Positions 47,469 through 57,121 of a stretch of DNA of 64,000 bases are shown here, piece after piece. The notes beneath the pieces were generated by a model. That model saw only the letters and a list, made by a program, of their open reading frames with translations. It had not been told where the DNA came from and searched no databases. Source of the stretch: an uncultured Candidatus Saccharibacteria bacterium (lineage in GTDB: Bacteria > Patescibacteriota > Minisyncoccia > UBA6257); assembly GCA_964479005.1 (NCBI GenBank), contig CAYZJA010000001.1, positions 160,001-224,000 on the forward strand, read 5' to 3'. Each line of letters opens with the position of its first letter. Position 1 is the stretch's first letter. The position numbers and the translations under genes were made by a program.

Positions 47469-48179
47469 ATGATACAAATAGAGAGTCTTAAAAAGATTTA
47501 TCGCAATGATTCTGTTGAAACCCCAGCTCTTCAAGGGGTTTCTTTTAGGATTAAACAAGGAGAATTTGTTTCTATCATGGGACCTTCTGGTTCTGGGAAA
47601 TCAACTTTAATGCATATCATGTGCTTTTTAGACAGACCAAGTTCAGGAATTTGTAAATTTGAAGGAAAGAGTATTGATAGTTTAACTGATGATGAGTTAG
47701 CAAGAATCAGAAATAAAAAAATGGGTTTTGTTTTTCAATCCTATAATCTTTTATCCAGAACTACTGTTTTTGACAACGTGAGATTACCTTTAATTTATAC
47801 TGGTTTTTCTAAACAAAAAGAATATGAGATGACAAAACAGGCCCTTGAGGCAGTTGGTATTTTACATAGGGCTTCTCATTTTCCAAATCAGCTTTCTGGT
47901 GGAGAACAGCAAAAAACAGCAATTGCCCGGGCAATAGTCAATCATCCGTCTGTAATTTTTGCAGATGAACCAACTGGTAATTTAGACAGTAAATCTGGTC
48001 AGCAAATAATGGATATTTTTGAAAAACTTAATAATCAAGGCCATACTGTAATTTTAGTTACGCATGAGAAATATACTGCTGAAATGGCAAAAAGGATTAT
48101 TTCATTAAAAGACGGAAAAGTAATTAAAGATGAATTAGTAAATTCAAGGCATTATGCTAAGGATGGTTTAATTAAATGA
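47469..48179 (+). CDS. ABC transporter ATP-binding protein (MacB/LolD-like)
   Basis: Walker A 'GPSGSGKST', signature 'LSGGEQQKTAIARA' and Walker B 'IFADEPT'. Confidence 0.85.
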   Translation: MIQIESLKKIYRNDSVETPALQGVSFRIKQGEFVSIMGPSGSGKSTLMHIMCFLDRPSSGICKFEGKSIDSLTDDELARIRNKKMGFVFQSYNLLSRTTVFDNVRLPLIYTGFSKQKEYEMTKQALEAVGILHRASHFPNQLSGGEQQKTAIARAIVNHPSVIFADEPTGNLDSKSGQQIMDIFEKLNNQGHTVILVTHEKYTAEMAKRIISLKDGKVIKDELVNSRHYAKDGLIK

Positions 48180-48183
48180 AATT

Positions 48184-49437
48184 ATGAAATTTAATAATTC
48201 TTTTAAAACAGCAATAATAGGATTAAAAACGAATAAAACACGTTCTTTTTTGACTATTTTAGGAATTGTTATTGGAATAGCATCAGTTATTTTAATGATG
48301 TCATTAGGAGATGGAGCTCAGAATTTAATTTTAAGGCAAATTATGTCTATGGGCGCTAATAACATTTATGTTGAACCAGGTGCTTTCACAGGAGGAGGGG
48401 ATATAACACAACAAATGATGGAGGGGATGGAAATTAAAACACTAACCTTTGAAGACATGGAAGCAATTGAAAAAGATCCATTAGTGGAAATGGTTGCTCC
48501 AATAGTTGTTAGTGTTAGCAGAGTAATTTATAAAAATAATGATGAAAAGATTACCTTTTATGGTACTACCCCGGCATATAATAAAATAACAGATGTTCAA
48601 ACTATATTAGGGTCTGATATTACTGATTTTGACGTTCGTAGTATGTCAAAAGTGGTTGTTTTAGGATATAAAATAAAGGAAGATTTATTTGAAGATGAAA
48701 ATCCAATTGGTAAGATTATTAGAATTAAACAAACAAATTTTAGGGTTATTGGTGTTATGGAAGAACAAGGAACGCAGATGTTTCAAAATTTAGATGAATA
48801 TATATATATTCCGATTACTACCGCCCAGAAATTTTTATTAGGCATTAATCACGTGCAGTCTTCCGTGGTTAAAATAGTTAGTCAGGATAAAATTGATGAA
48901 GCTGTAGAAAGCGTTCGTTTAATGTTACGAGAACGGCATAATATATATAATCCAGAGGGCGATTTAGCTAAAGATGATTTTAAAGTGGTGAGCGGGAAAG
49001 AAACTGCAGATATTATGAATACGGTTACAAGTATCCTTACATTACTTTTATCATCTGTAGCCGCTATTGCTTTAATAGTTGGTGGAGTTGGAATTATGAA
49101 TATTATGTTAGTTTCAGTGGCTGAAAGAACAAGGGAGATTGGTTTGAGAAAAGCGGTCGGCGCCCGTAAAAAAGATATTCTTTATCAATTTTTAATTGAA
49201 TCAGTAGTTCTAACTGGTTTAGGCGGAATATTAGGAATTTTATTAGGAGCTATTTTTTCTTATCTTATAAGCATTGCTTTAACTATGGCTTTAGGTATAA
49301 AGTGGGACTTTGTTCTTTCTTTAAGTTCCATAATTCTAGCCTTTGGAGTAGCTACAAGCATTGGTCTTGTTTTTGGAATTTATCCTGCTCGCAAAGCAGC
49401 AAAATTAAGCCCAATTGACGCTTTGAGATACGAATAA
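48184..49437 (+). CDS. ABC transporter permease (MacB/FtsX family)
   Basis: N-terminal TM, a large periplasmic domain, and C-terminal FtsX-like four TM with 'LRKAVGARKKDI'. Confidence 0.8.
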   Translation: MKFNNSFKTAIIGLKTNKTRSFLTILGIVIGIASVILMMSLGDGAQNLILRQIMSMGANNIYVEPGAFTGGGDITQQMMEGMEIKTLTFEDMEAIEKDPLVEMVAPIVVSVSRVIYKNNDEKITFYGTTPAYNKITDVQTILGSDITDFDVRSMSKVVVLGYKIKEDLFEDENPIGKIIRIKQTNFRVIGVMEEQGTQMFQNLDEYIYIPITTAQKFLLGINHVQSSVVKIVSQDKIDEAVESVRLMLRERHNIYNPEGDLAKDDFKVVSGKETADIMNTVTSILTLLLSSVAAIALIVGGVGIMNIMLVSVAERTREIGLRKAVGARKKDILYQFLIESVVLTGLGGILGILLGAIFSYLISIALTMALGIKWDFVLSLSSIILAFGVATSIGLVFGIYPARKAAKLSPIDALRYE

Positions 49438-49439
49438 AT

Positions 49440-50759
49440 TTACAGAGATACTTTGATTATTCCTGAATCAGAAAGATAGAAAATATAGTTTATTGAAGGA
49501 TCGTAGAAAAAGTTATTATTCTTTATATTACTGGCAACAGGCCAGGTTTTATTATTTTTAAGCGCGTAAATATTAAGCAGATTATTATTTAAGAATAGAA
49601 GGTAGTTGTTATCAAGAAACCAGGTAACAGGGACATCAGAAAAAAGTTTTTTAGAAGATTTAATTTCGTTTTCTGGATTATAAATTTCAATTTTATCCTT
49701 TGAATATAACAATATTTCTTTTTTGTTTAAAGAAAAAATGCCGTCAATAACATTTTCACCAATTAATTTTGGCAGATTTTCAAATCCTTTTAAATAATAA
49801 GCTTTTTTTAATCCCTCAATAATTAAAAAGTTGTTTTCACTTTTTTCTTTTCTAATTTTAGCTTTTTCTAAATCTTCAAGAGAAAAACTATACAGAGATG
49901 TTTCTATTTCTTTTTTTGTCTCCAAAGAAATTTTAGCAAAGACTCCATTTTCTTTTATAAAATAGATATAATCGTTATCAAATATAAAAGTGGAGCTTTT
50001 GCCTTCATATATTTTTTCTATAGATTCTGTAAGGAAATTAAAAAGATAAATTGCATCAGTAGTTTTAACAATTATGTCGCCATCATTTTTTAGGTAGAAA
50101 GTAGCCTGGTTTATGGTCAGAGAGGTTTGTTTTTCTTTTAATTCCGCCTGATCCAGCGCTTCTTTAAATGGAGTGTTTAAAGAGATGCCATTTTTAATAA
50201 GGCTTTTTGGTAAAAATACAATTTCCCAGTTATTTTTTTCTGAATGAATTAGAATCTTTTTTGAAGAAAAAACAATATCATATGGTAAAGAAGTGGTTTT
50301 ATGAAAGTATTCTTTTTGTTTCGTGCTTCTATCAAAGATATACCAATCATAATTAGAGGATTTTTTTATGAAAAGAATGCGATTAGAATCTGGGCTTAAA
50401 TAGAAACGTTCGATTTTTTCATTCGTTATAATTCTTTCTTCAGGCCAAGTATTAGGGAATAGATAAATATGATTAAGATTAGTTGTTTTATTGCTTTCAA
50501 TTTTTACTTTATCCTCCAAAAATGAATAATCTGGACAAGAAAAAGATATAGAATGTTCGCCAGGATGTAATCTGATTCTAAAAATACCTTGTTTATTCTG
50601 ATAAGTTTTATTATTAATTTTTAAAGTAGTTTCAGCAGGATAAACCCGAGCTTCTAAAATTCCTTGGGACTCTAAATATCTTTGGAAAGAACGAAAACCA
50701 AAAAATATTCCGATTCCTAAAACTAGGATTACTGACAGAATTGTTAGAATTCTATTCAT
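49440..50759 (-). CDS. membrane-anchored hypothetical protein (PEGA-like domain + beta-propeller-like region)
   Basis: N-terminal TM 'ILTILSVILVLGIGIFFGF' and a beta-rich repeat-like ectodomain. Confidence 0.5.
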   Translation of the reverse strand: MNRILTILSVILVLGIGIFFGFRSFQRYLESQGILEARVYPAETTLKINNKTYQNKQGIFRIRLHPGEHSISFSCPDYSFLEDKVKIESNKTTNLNHIYLFPNTWPEERIITNEKIERFYLSPDSNRILFIKKSSNYDWYIFDRSTKQKEYFHKTTSLPYDIVFSSKKILIHSEKNNWEIVFLPKSLIKNGISLNTPFKEALDQAELKEKQTSLTINQATFYLKNDGDIIVKTTDAIYLFNFLTESIEKIYEGKSSTFIFDNDYIYFIKENGVFAKISLETKKEIETSLYSFSLEDLEKAKIRKEKSENNFLIIEGLKKAYYLKGFENLPKLIGENVIDGIFSLNKKEILLYSKDKIEIYNPENEIKSSKKLFSDVPVTWFLDNNYLLFLNNNLLNIYALKNNKTWPVASNIKNNNFFYDPSINYIFYLSDSGIIKVSL

Positions 50760-50876
50760 ATAATTCGTACATATTAATATATTTGTATCATTAAGATTAT
50801 ATATGATTTGAGCTTAAAAAGAAAATATTATACAATAGAAGAGTGATAAAAAATAGAAAAGTACTTAAAAAAATAG

Positions 50877-51977
50877 ATGATTAAACCAAATAAACTTAAT
50901 CGTTTGCTCGTTACTTTTAGCGTACTTCTTTTGGTGTTAGGTTTGATTGCCTTAATAAGCGCTTCTGCTGTAATCGGAGAACAGGAACACGGTGATGTTT
51001 ATCATTTTGTTAAAAGACAATTATTTCTTGGAATATTTTTAGGATTAATTTTTGCTTGGATTGTTTCAAAGATAAATTATCACTCTTTAGCAAAACTGTC
51101 CTTAATTTTATTAATTTCTAATATTCTTTTATTGCTTCTATGTTTTATTCCGGCACTTCAACCAATAGGTTCGTCAGCCAATAGATGGTTAAGAATCGTT
51201 TTTATAAATTTTCAACCCTCTGAATTTATAAAACTAACCTACATTCTTTTTCTTGCCAGTTTATTAAGTCGTTTTTCATTAGATAAAAGGCGAAAAATGC
51301 ATATTACGCCTTTTATTGTTTTTGTATGTTCTTTAGCCATTATTGGTGTTATTATTATAAAGCAGCCAGCCACAGGGACTTTAATTGTTTTAGCTTTATC
51401 TAGTGTAATGGTCTATATTGTTGCAGGTATGAGCGTAACTCAATTTTTGTCTTTAGGATTAATAGGTATTTTGGGACTGGTCTTTATAATAAAAAGAACT
51501 TCTTACCGTTTTGAGAGGATATTATCATTCTTGTCGCCAGGAAGTGACCCATTAGGTAAAGGTTATCATATTATTCAATCTTTAATTGGTATTGGTTCTG
51601 GAGGATTACTTGGTATAGGGTTTGGAAGATCAATACAAAAATTTAATTATTTACCAGAGAGCCATACCGATGCTATTTTTTCTATAATTGCCGAGGAATT
51701 TGGTTTTTTGGGATCTTTAATAATAATTATTCTTTTTATTTTCCTTATATCAATTGGGTTGAAAATAGCCAAAAGAGCGCCAGATAACTTAGGAAAATTT
51801 TTGGCAATAGGTTTAACTTGCAATATTGGTTTTCAGGCATTCATTAATATTGCGGCTATGTGCCAGTTGGTTCCTATGACAGGCATTCCTTTGCCGTTTA
51901 TAAGTTATGGTGGTTCTTCTATGGTAGCAACTTTGATAAGTATTGGAATTTTAAGCAATATAGCAAAACAAACATAA
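50877..51977 (+). CDS. ftsW: FtsW/RodA/SpoVE-family peptidoglycan glycosyltransferase
   Basis: About ten TM segments, with SEDS-family motifs 'QPSEFIKL' and 'PLPFISYGGSS'. Confidence 0.8.
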   Translation: MIKPNKLNRLLVTFSVLLLVLGLIALISASAVIGEQEHGDVYHFVKRQLFLGIFLGLIFAWIVSKINYHSLAKLSLILLISNILLLLLCFIPALQPIGSSANRWLRIVFINFQPSEFIKLTYILFLASLLSRFSLDKRRKMHITPFIVFVCSLAIIGVIIIKQPATGTLIVLALSSVMVYIVAGMSVTQFLSLGLIGILGLVFIIKRTSYRFERILSFLSPGSDPLGKGYHIIQSLIGIGSGGLLGIGFGRSIQKFNYLPESHTDAIFSIIAEEFGFLGSLIIIILFIFLISIGLKIAKRAPDNLGKFLAIGLTCNIGFQAFINIAAMCQLVPMTGIPLPFISYGGSSMVATLISIGILSNIAKQT

Positions 51978-51997
51978 TAATTAATTCAAAACCTAAT

Positions 51998-53197
51998 ATG
52001 GATCTTTCATTTTTAAAACCTAAATTTTCTTTTGATAAAACCGTACGCATAGTATTTACTGGCGGTGGCTCTGGTGGGCATACCTTTCCTTTGATTGCTG
52101 TTTATAGAGAGCTTAAAAAAGTAGCTGAGACGCAAAAAGTTTCTTTAGAAATTATATATATAGGACCTAATGATTTTACTCTTCCATACATTTTAAAAGA
52201 GCAGGGGATAAAGATAAGAACAATTACAACCGGAAAATTCATGGGTTCATTTAATCTTATTAAAAGTATTTTTGGATTTTTTAAAACCATAGGAGGTATT
52301 TTCCAATCTCTTTATTATGTTTATATTTCAATGCCTGATGTTATTTTTTCTAAAGGGGGATACGGTTCTTTCCCGGTAGTCTTTTGGGGAATTCTTTTCT
52401 TTATTCCTACTTATACGCATGAAAGCGACGCTGTTCCTGGTTTAGTTAATCATATTATAGGAAGATTTTGCCAAAAAGTTTTTGTATCTTTTGATTACAC
52501 AAAAAGATATTTTTCACCAAAAAAAACATTGTTAACGGGAAATCCTATACGATTAGATTTGTTTGATGAAACATTAGATAAAGAAAATACTAAAAAATTA
52601 TTAAAATTAGATATAGAAAAGCCGGTTGTAACAATAATTGGCGGATCGCAAGGTTCTCGCCATATTAATGATTTTATTTTAGATATTCTTCCGAAAATTA
52701 TTAAAGATGTAGAAATAATTCATCAAACAGGCAAAACAAATTATAAAGAGGTAGCAAGAGAAGCTGATATTGTTTTTCAGGAAATCATAGGGGATAAGGG
52801 GCAACAAAAATATTATCATTTTTTGCCATTTTTTGAAGAAACAACAATACCAAGCATTTTTTCTTTAAAAGAAGTATTTGCTGCTAGTGATTTAATTATA
52901 GCTCGCGCTGGAAGTGGCTTAATTTTTGAAATTGCCGCAAGTGGAAAGCCCTCAATTCTTATACCCTTACCATGGGCGAGTCGTGGCCATCAAAAGAAAA
53001 ATGCCTATGAGTATGCTAAAAATGGAGCAGCTATTGTTGTTGAAGAAGGGAATTTAAAACCGAATGTATTCTCAGGTTTAATTCTTCAGATTATTTCTGA
53101 TAAAAAAAAGAATGAAAAAATGAGTGAAGCAGCCCTTGAGTTTTCTAAACCAAAGGCAGCGTACAATATAGCGCAACATCTACTTCAAAATATATAA
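51998..53197 (+). CDS. murG: undecaprenyldiphospho-muramoylpentapeptide beta-N-acetylglucosaminyltransferase
   Basis: 'IVFTGGGSGGHTFPLIAV' N-terminal motif. ATG 51998 is preferred because track start 51860 overlaps ftsW. Confidence 0.8.
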   Translation: MDLSFLKPKFSFDKTVRIVFTGGGSGGHTFPLIAVYRELKKVAETQKVSLEIIYIGPNDFTLPYILKEQGIKIRTITTGKFMGSFNLIKSIFGFFKTIGGIFQSLYYVYISMPDVIFSKGGYGSFPVVFWGILFFIPTYTHESDAVPGLVNHIIGRFCQKVFVSFDYTKRYFSPKKTLLTGNPIRLDLFDETLDKENTKKLLKLDIEKPVVTIIGGSQGSRHINDFILDILPKIIKDVEIIHQTGKTNYKEVAREADIVFQEIIGDKGQQKYYHFLPFFEETTIPSIFSLKEVFAASDLIIARAGSGLIFEIAASGKPSILIPLPWASRGHQKKNAYEYAKNGAAIVVEEGNLKPNVFSGLILQIISDKKKNEKMSEAALEFSKPKAAYNIAQHLLQNI

Positions 53198-53231
53198 GGT
53201 ATAGAGTATACTGTATACAAAGTGCATATTT

Positions 53232-54731
53232 ATGGATGATCCTAAAACCCCACAATCATTATTCGGGCCTAGGGTCAGGTTAGCCCCTAGCCCCACTGGT
53301 CTATTTCATTTAGGCACTGCCAGAACAGGTTTATTTAATTATTTATTTGCCCGTAAAGCAGGCGGAAAATTTATTTTAAGAATAGAAGATACTGATAAAG
53401 AGAGATCAAAAAAAGAATACGAGGATAATATACTTGAAGGATTAAAATCTTTAGGAATTGAATGGGATGAAGGCCCTGACATTGGCGGATTTCTTGGTCC
53501 GTATCGCCAAAGTGAAAGATTGGAAATTTATGAAAAATACCTTCGTCAATTATTAAAAGAAAAAAAAGCTTATTATTGTTTTTGTTCTCCAGAGGAAATT
53601 GAGGCGCAAAGAGAGGAAATGATTGCTCGTGGCGTTCCACCTAAGTATTCAGGTAAATGCCGCGATTTATCAGAAAGCGCAGCAAAAACCTATTTAGCTG
53701 AAGACAAGCCAGCTGTTATAAGGATAAAAATGCCTAATAAGGTAATTAAATTTGAAGATATTATTCGTGGAGAAGTACAATTTGATTTGAGCTTAATAGG
53801 CGATATAGTGATAGCTAAAAGCTTTAAAGATCCTTTATACAATTTTGCTGTGGTTATAGACGATTATTTAATGAAAATAACGCACGTAATTCGCGGGGAA
53901 GACCATATTTCCAATACACCTAAGCAAATGACCGTTCAAGAAGCATTAGACCTTCCTAGACCCAATTATGCGCATTTACCGATGATTTTAGGGTCTGATA
54001 GGTCTAAATTAAGTAAAAGACATGGGGCTATGGCTTTAACAGAGTATAGAAAAATGGGTTATTTACCTGAGGCTTTGGTTAATTTTTTAGCGTTTTTAGG
54101 GTGGCACCCAATAGGGAATCAGGAAATATTAAATTTAGAAGAGTTAATTGATAAATTTGATTTAGAACGTGTTCAAAAAGGAGGCGCTATTTTTAATATA
54201 AGAAAATTAGATTGGTTTAATGCTCAGTATTTTAAAAGAATGTCTTCAGACGAATTAATGAATAGGGTAGTGGATTATATTAAAAATTTTTCATCTACTC
54301 CACAAATAATCAAAGAATATGATATTGATTATATAAAAAAAGTTATTGATATAGAAGTTCCAAGAATGAATAAGTTGAGCGATTTAATAGATTTATCAGA
54401 TTTCTTTTTCAAAAAGAAGATCGAATATTCAAAAGAACTTTTAAAATGGAAAGATATGACTGACATAGAACTAGCAAAATCACTGCAAGATTCTTTAAAC
54501 ATTTTGGAAAAAATAAAAGAAAGTGAATTTAATAGAGTTAATCTGCAAATAAAATTTTATAATTTTATAGATGAAAATCCAAATTATACAGGGAATAAAG
54601 GTAAACTACTTTGGCCTTTAAGAGTTGCCTTATCTGGAAAAAAGGCTTCACCAGGTCCATTTGAAATAGCTGAGGTTTTGGAAAGAGAGAGAAGTATTGA
54701 GAGGGTGAAACAAGCTTTAAAAAATTATTAA
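53232..54731 (+). CDS. gltX: glutamate--tRNA ligase
   Basis: 'RLAPSPTGLFHLGTARTGLFNYLFAR' HIGH region and the 'KLSKR' KMSKS motif. Confidence 0.9.
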   Translation: MDDPKTPQSLFGPRVRLAPSPTGLFHLGTARTGLFNYLFARKAGGKFILRIEDTDKERSKKEYEDNILEGLKSLGIEWDEGPDIGGFLGPYRQSERLEIYEKYLRQLLKEKKAYYCFCSPEEIEAQREEMIARGVPPKYSGKCRDLSESAAKTYLAEDKPAVIRIKMPNKVIKFEDIIRGEVQFDLSLIGDIVIAKSFKDPLYNFAVVIDDYLMKITHVIRGEDHISNTPKQMTVQEALDLPRPNYAHLPMILGSDRSKLSKRHGAMALTEYRKMGYLPEALVNFLAFLGWHPIGNQEILNLEELIDKFDLERVQKGGAIFNIRKLDWFNAQYFKRMSSDELMNRVVDYIKNFSSTPQIIKEYDIDYIKKVIDIEVPRMNKLSDLIDLSDFFFKKKIEYSKELLKWKDMTDIELAKSLQDSLNILEKIKESEFNRVNLQIKFYNFIDENPNYTGNKGKLLWPLRVALSGKKASPGPFEIAEVLERERSIERVKQALKNY

Positions 54732-54739
54732 TTAAAATT

Positions 54740-54934
54740 ATGGATAATATAGATCAACTAATTGCGCAGGCTTCACAAATTTTTACTAAAGTTCTTTATG
54801 AGATAACTCATCTCACAGATCAGGTTTTTATATCTGGAATATTAGGACATTTATGGGCGTTTTTAAAAACAATAATCCAATTTATTATTCTAGCATTAGA
54901 AGCATTAGTTAGAATTTTAAAGTTTTTCGTTTAA
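54740..54934 (+). CDS. small hypothetical hydrophobic protein (64 aa)
   Basis: ORF only. It may be non-coding. Confidence 0.2.
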   Translation: MDNIDQLIAQASQIFTKVLYEITHLTDQVFISGILGHLWAFLKTIIQFIILALEALVRILKFFV

Positions 54935-54993
54935 CAAATAACAATAAAACAATTTAGCAATTTAGCAATATACTGAATTTGGGGGGAGTACTC

Positions 54994-55021
54994 TTGACAA
55001 GTCATCTAAGATGGCTATAAT
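54994..55021 (+). promoter_or_regulatory. sigma-70 promoter TTGACA-16-TATAAT
   Basis: Consensus hexamers upstream of the dif-like site and the xer gene. Confidence 0.5.
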
Positions 55022-55034
55022 TAAAGTATAATAA

Positions 55035-55062
55035 GGTTCGCATAATTATAGTTAAGCGAACA
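55035..55062. other. dif-like Xer recombination site (28 bp): GGTTCGCATAA-TTATAG-TTAAGCGAACA
   Basis: The left arm matches the E. coli dif XerC arm GGTGCGCATAA at 10 of 11 positions. There is a 6-bp spacer, and the right arm is a near-perfect inverted copy (9/11). It lies 48 nt upstream of the recombinase gene. Confidence 0.5.
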
Positions 55063-55109
55063 TCTAATATAGCTTATAATAGCCTATTATACATTGTCAC
55101 GTTAATAAC

Positions 55110-56066
55110 ATGAAAAAGAACCAAAAACCAATCCCCTGTCATTTATCTGATTTTTTAGATTGGTTAGATATTGAAAAAGGTTTATCTTCTAAATCCCAGG
55201 AAAATTATAATAGATTTTTAAAAAAATTTTTAGATTGGTTAAAATCAAATAATTTAGAGGGTTTAAAGCCTCATGAATTAACTACTGATCATGTTTGGAA
55301 ATATCGGGTTTTCCTCTCGCGCCGATATCTTCCTAAAACGAAAACACCCCTTAAAAAAACAACTCAAAATTATTATTTAATAGCTTTAAGGTCCTTTTTG
55401 AATTATTTTGCTGATAGAGATATTTTGTCTTTACCATCTGAAAAGATAAAATTAGCTAAAGATAGAGATGAAAAACAAGTTAGTTTTTTAAATTTAGAGC
55501 AATTAGAGAAATTATTTTCAGCTCCTGACACTTCTAAAAAGCAAGAATTGCGGGACAGAGCTATTTTAGAGGTTTTATTCTCTACTGGTATGAGGATAGC
55601 AGAATTAGTTTCATTAAACCGGGATCAAATTAAAATAAATCCTGGAATAAAAGAATTAGAAGTTGGGATTATTGGCAAAGGGAAAAAACTACGAACTGTT
55701 TATTTCTCTGAAAGAGCTCTATCTTGGTTATCTAAATACTTTAAAACCCGAAATGATGATGAAAAAGCGTTATTTATCAATTATAGAAGCAGGAAAGGAG
55801 CGCCACGGAGATTAACTCCACGTTCAATTGAAAAAAATATGAAAAAATATGTGATTATGTCAGGGGTTCCAATAACAACTACTCCTCACGCCATGCGCCA
55901 TACTTTTTCGACAGATCTTTTAAATCAAGGCGTGGATTTAAAAATACTCCAGGAATTTCTTGGCCACAAAAGCATTGCCGCTACACAAATTTACGCGCAT
56001 GTTACGAGTAAAAAACTTCGTGAGGTACATCGGAAATTTCACAGTGGCCGTAAATTAAAAACATAA
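55110..56066 (+). CDS. tyrosine site-specific recombinase (XerC/XerD-like)
   Basis: C-terminal catalytic 'HAMRHTFSTDLLNQGVDLKILQEFLGHKSIAATQIYAHV' (R..H..R..Y) and an N-terminal SAM-like core-binding domain. Confidence 0.8.
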   Translation: MKKNQKPIPCHLSDFLDWLDIEKGLSSKSQENYNRFLKKFLDWLKSNNLEGLKPHELTTDHVWKYRVFLSRRYLPKTKTPLKKTTQNYYLIALRSFLNYFADRDILSLPSEKIKLAKDRDEKQVSFLNLEQLEKLFSAPDTSKKQELRDRAILEVLFSTGMRIAELVSLNRDQIKINPGIKELEVGIIGKGKKLRTVYFSERALSWLSKYFKTRNDDEKALFINYRSRKGAPRRLTPRSIEKNMKKYVIMSGVPITTTPHAMRHTFSTDLLNQGVDLKILQEFLGHKSIAATQIYAHVTSKKLREVHRKFHSGRKLKT

Positions 56067-56129
56067 GTAAAATAAATAAAATAAGGTAGAGGTTTGTTCC
56101 CCTACCTTATAAATTCAGCTTCTATGTTT

Positions 56130-56336
56130 CTACATTTTATTTTCAATCAATCTTAGAATTCTTTTCCATTTCTCAAAATTCTTATTAATAACTTTTGAAA
56201 TTTTTTTCCAATCTTCAGGGGATGGCTCACGTATGCCCTTTTTTGGTTCCCCTAAAAAGATTTCCCCTGTTTTTGTATCACAAACAATATCATCTCCATT
56301 TTCTAATTTACCTATTTCTTCCCAATTAGCCATCAT
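56130..56336 (-). CDS. small hypothetical protein (68 aa)
   Basis: SD 'GAGGTG'. Overlaps the upstream gene by ATGA. Confidence 0.4.
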   Translation of the reverse strand: MMANWEEIGKLENGDDIVCDTKTGEIFLGEPKKGIREPSPEDWKKISKVINKNFEKWKRILRLIENKM

Positions 56337-56649
56337 TTTTCACCTCTTCGATAATTTTATCAATCTTTAATCTATCATTAGGTACAAGATCTTTCATTTT
56401 GAGACCGAAAACCTCATTAATTACGCGAGTAAGGATGTTTTCTAGATTTTCATTTACTTTTTCCTCTAATTCTTTTATTTGTCTCAGTAGGCCGTCAATC
56501 TCGATGTCTTTATGGATGTTTTTAGCTTCCAGCTCAGACCATAGATTCTCAAAATAAGATTTAATGGCTATGTCTAGCAGGTCTTTTTGGGTATCTGATA
56601 GATAGTTACAATTCCAAATAAAATCAATAAGTTTTTCCCTGAGAGTCAT
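56326..56649 (-). CDS. hypothetical protein (107 aa), coiled-coil rich
   Basis: SD 'AAGGAGGAG' and a predicted helical fold. Confidence 0.4.
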   Translation of the reverse strand: MTLREKLIDFIWNCNYLSDTQKDLLDIAIKSYFENLWSELEAKNIHKDIEIDGLLRQIKELEEKVNENLENILTRVINEVFGLKMKDLVPNDRLKIDKIIEEVKNDG

Positions 56650-56701
56650 TTATTCACTCCTCCTTTTTTTATTTATTTCAGATTTTTGAATCTCAATCTA
56701 T

Positions 56702-56899
56702 CTAATAAATTTGTGTCTTTTCTTTATGTATACCATCAAGAATTGCTTTTATTCGCGGTTCTGATTTTTTATTGATGTACTTCCCTTGGTCTTTTATTTC
56801 TTTTTTGCTCATTTTCTTACCTTTTCCTCTTGTCCGCGGTCTTTTTAGAATATCAGCCGGACTAGAGCACAATGTTATTTGCTCTGATATTTTTGCCAT
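56702..56899 (-). CDS. small basic protein (65 aa), possible DNA-binding regulator
   Basis: SD 'GAAGGAGGGG'. The sequence is Lys/Arg-rich ('KRPRTRGKGKKMSKKEIK'). Confidence 0.4.
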   Translation of the reverse strand: MAKISEQITLCSSPADILKRPRTRGKGKKMSKKEIKDQGKYINKKSEPRIKAILDGIHKEKTQIY

Positions 56900-56961
56900 T
56901 ACAATCCCCTCCTTCTATATATTTTTTATATTTTTATTATTATTCAGTTTTCAATCTGCAA

Positions 56962-56979
56962 GCTACACAGTCATGTAGC
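56962..56979. promoter_or_regulatory. palindromic operator-like site GCTACA-cagtca-TGTAGC
   Basis: A perfect 6-bp inverted repeat overlapping the predicted transcription start of the minus-strand promoter. Confidence 0.35.
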
Positions 56980-56982
56980 CTT

Positions 56983-57012
56983 ATTATATCAATAATCATT
57001 AGACCTGTCAAC
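56983..57012 (-). promoter_or_regulatory. sigma-70 promoter (minus strand) TTGACA-18-TATAAT
   Basis: The reverse complement of 57007-57012 is TTGACA and of 56983-56988 is TATAAT. It drives the three small minus-strand genes. Confidence 0.45.
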
Positions 57013-57121
57013 CCAGCACTACCTATACATAGGTGCGTGGGGTATATGAAATTGAATAAATAAATGCTAATATAACTAACATTGCCCATTATTATTTGTT
57101 AATTGTTATTTGTTAATTTTT

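Noticed and set aside
45890-49437. HlyD-ABC-FtsX-like trio as a possible bacteriocin or novel export system.
   Set aside because: The motifs fit ordinary MacAB-type efflux or lipoprotein-release-like transporters. There is no adjacent peptide-precursor gene or peptidase domain and no SD or compositional anomaly.
56772-57063. Plus-strand ORFs 56772..56978 and 56872..57063.
   Set aside because: They overlap the minus-strand small gene and its promoter/operator region. Their hydrophobic low-complexity translations come from AT-rich sequence.
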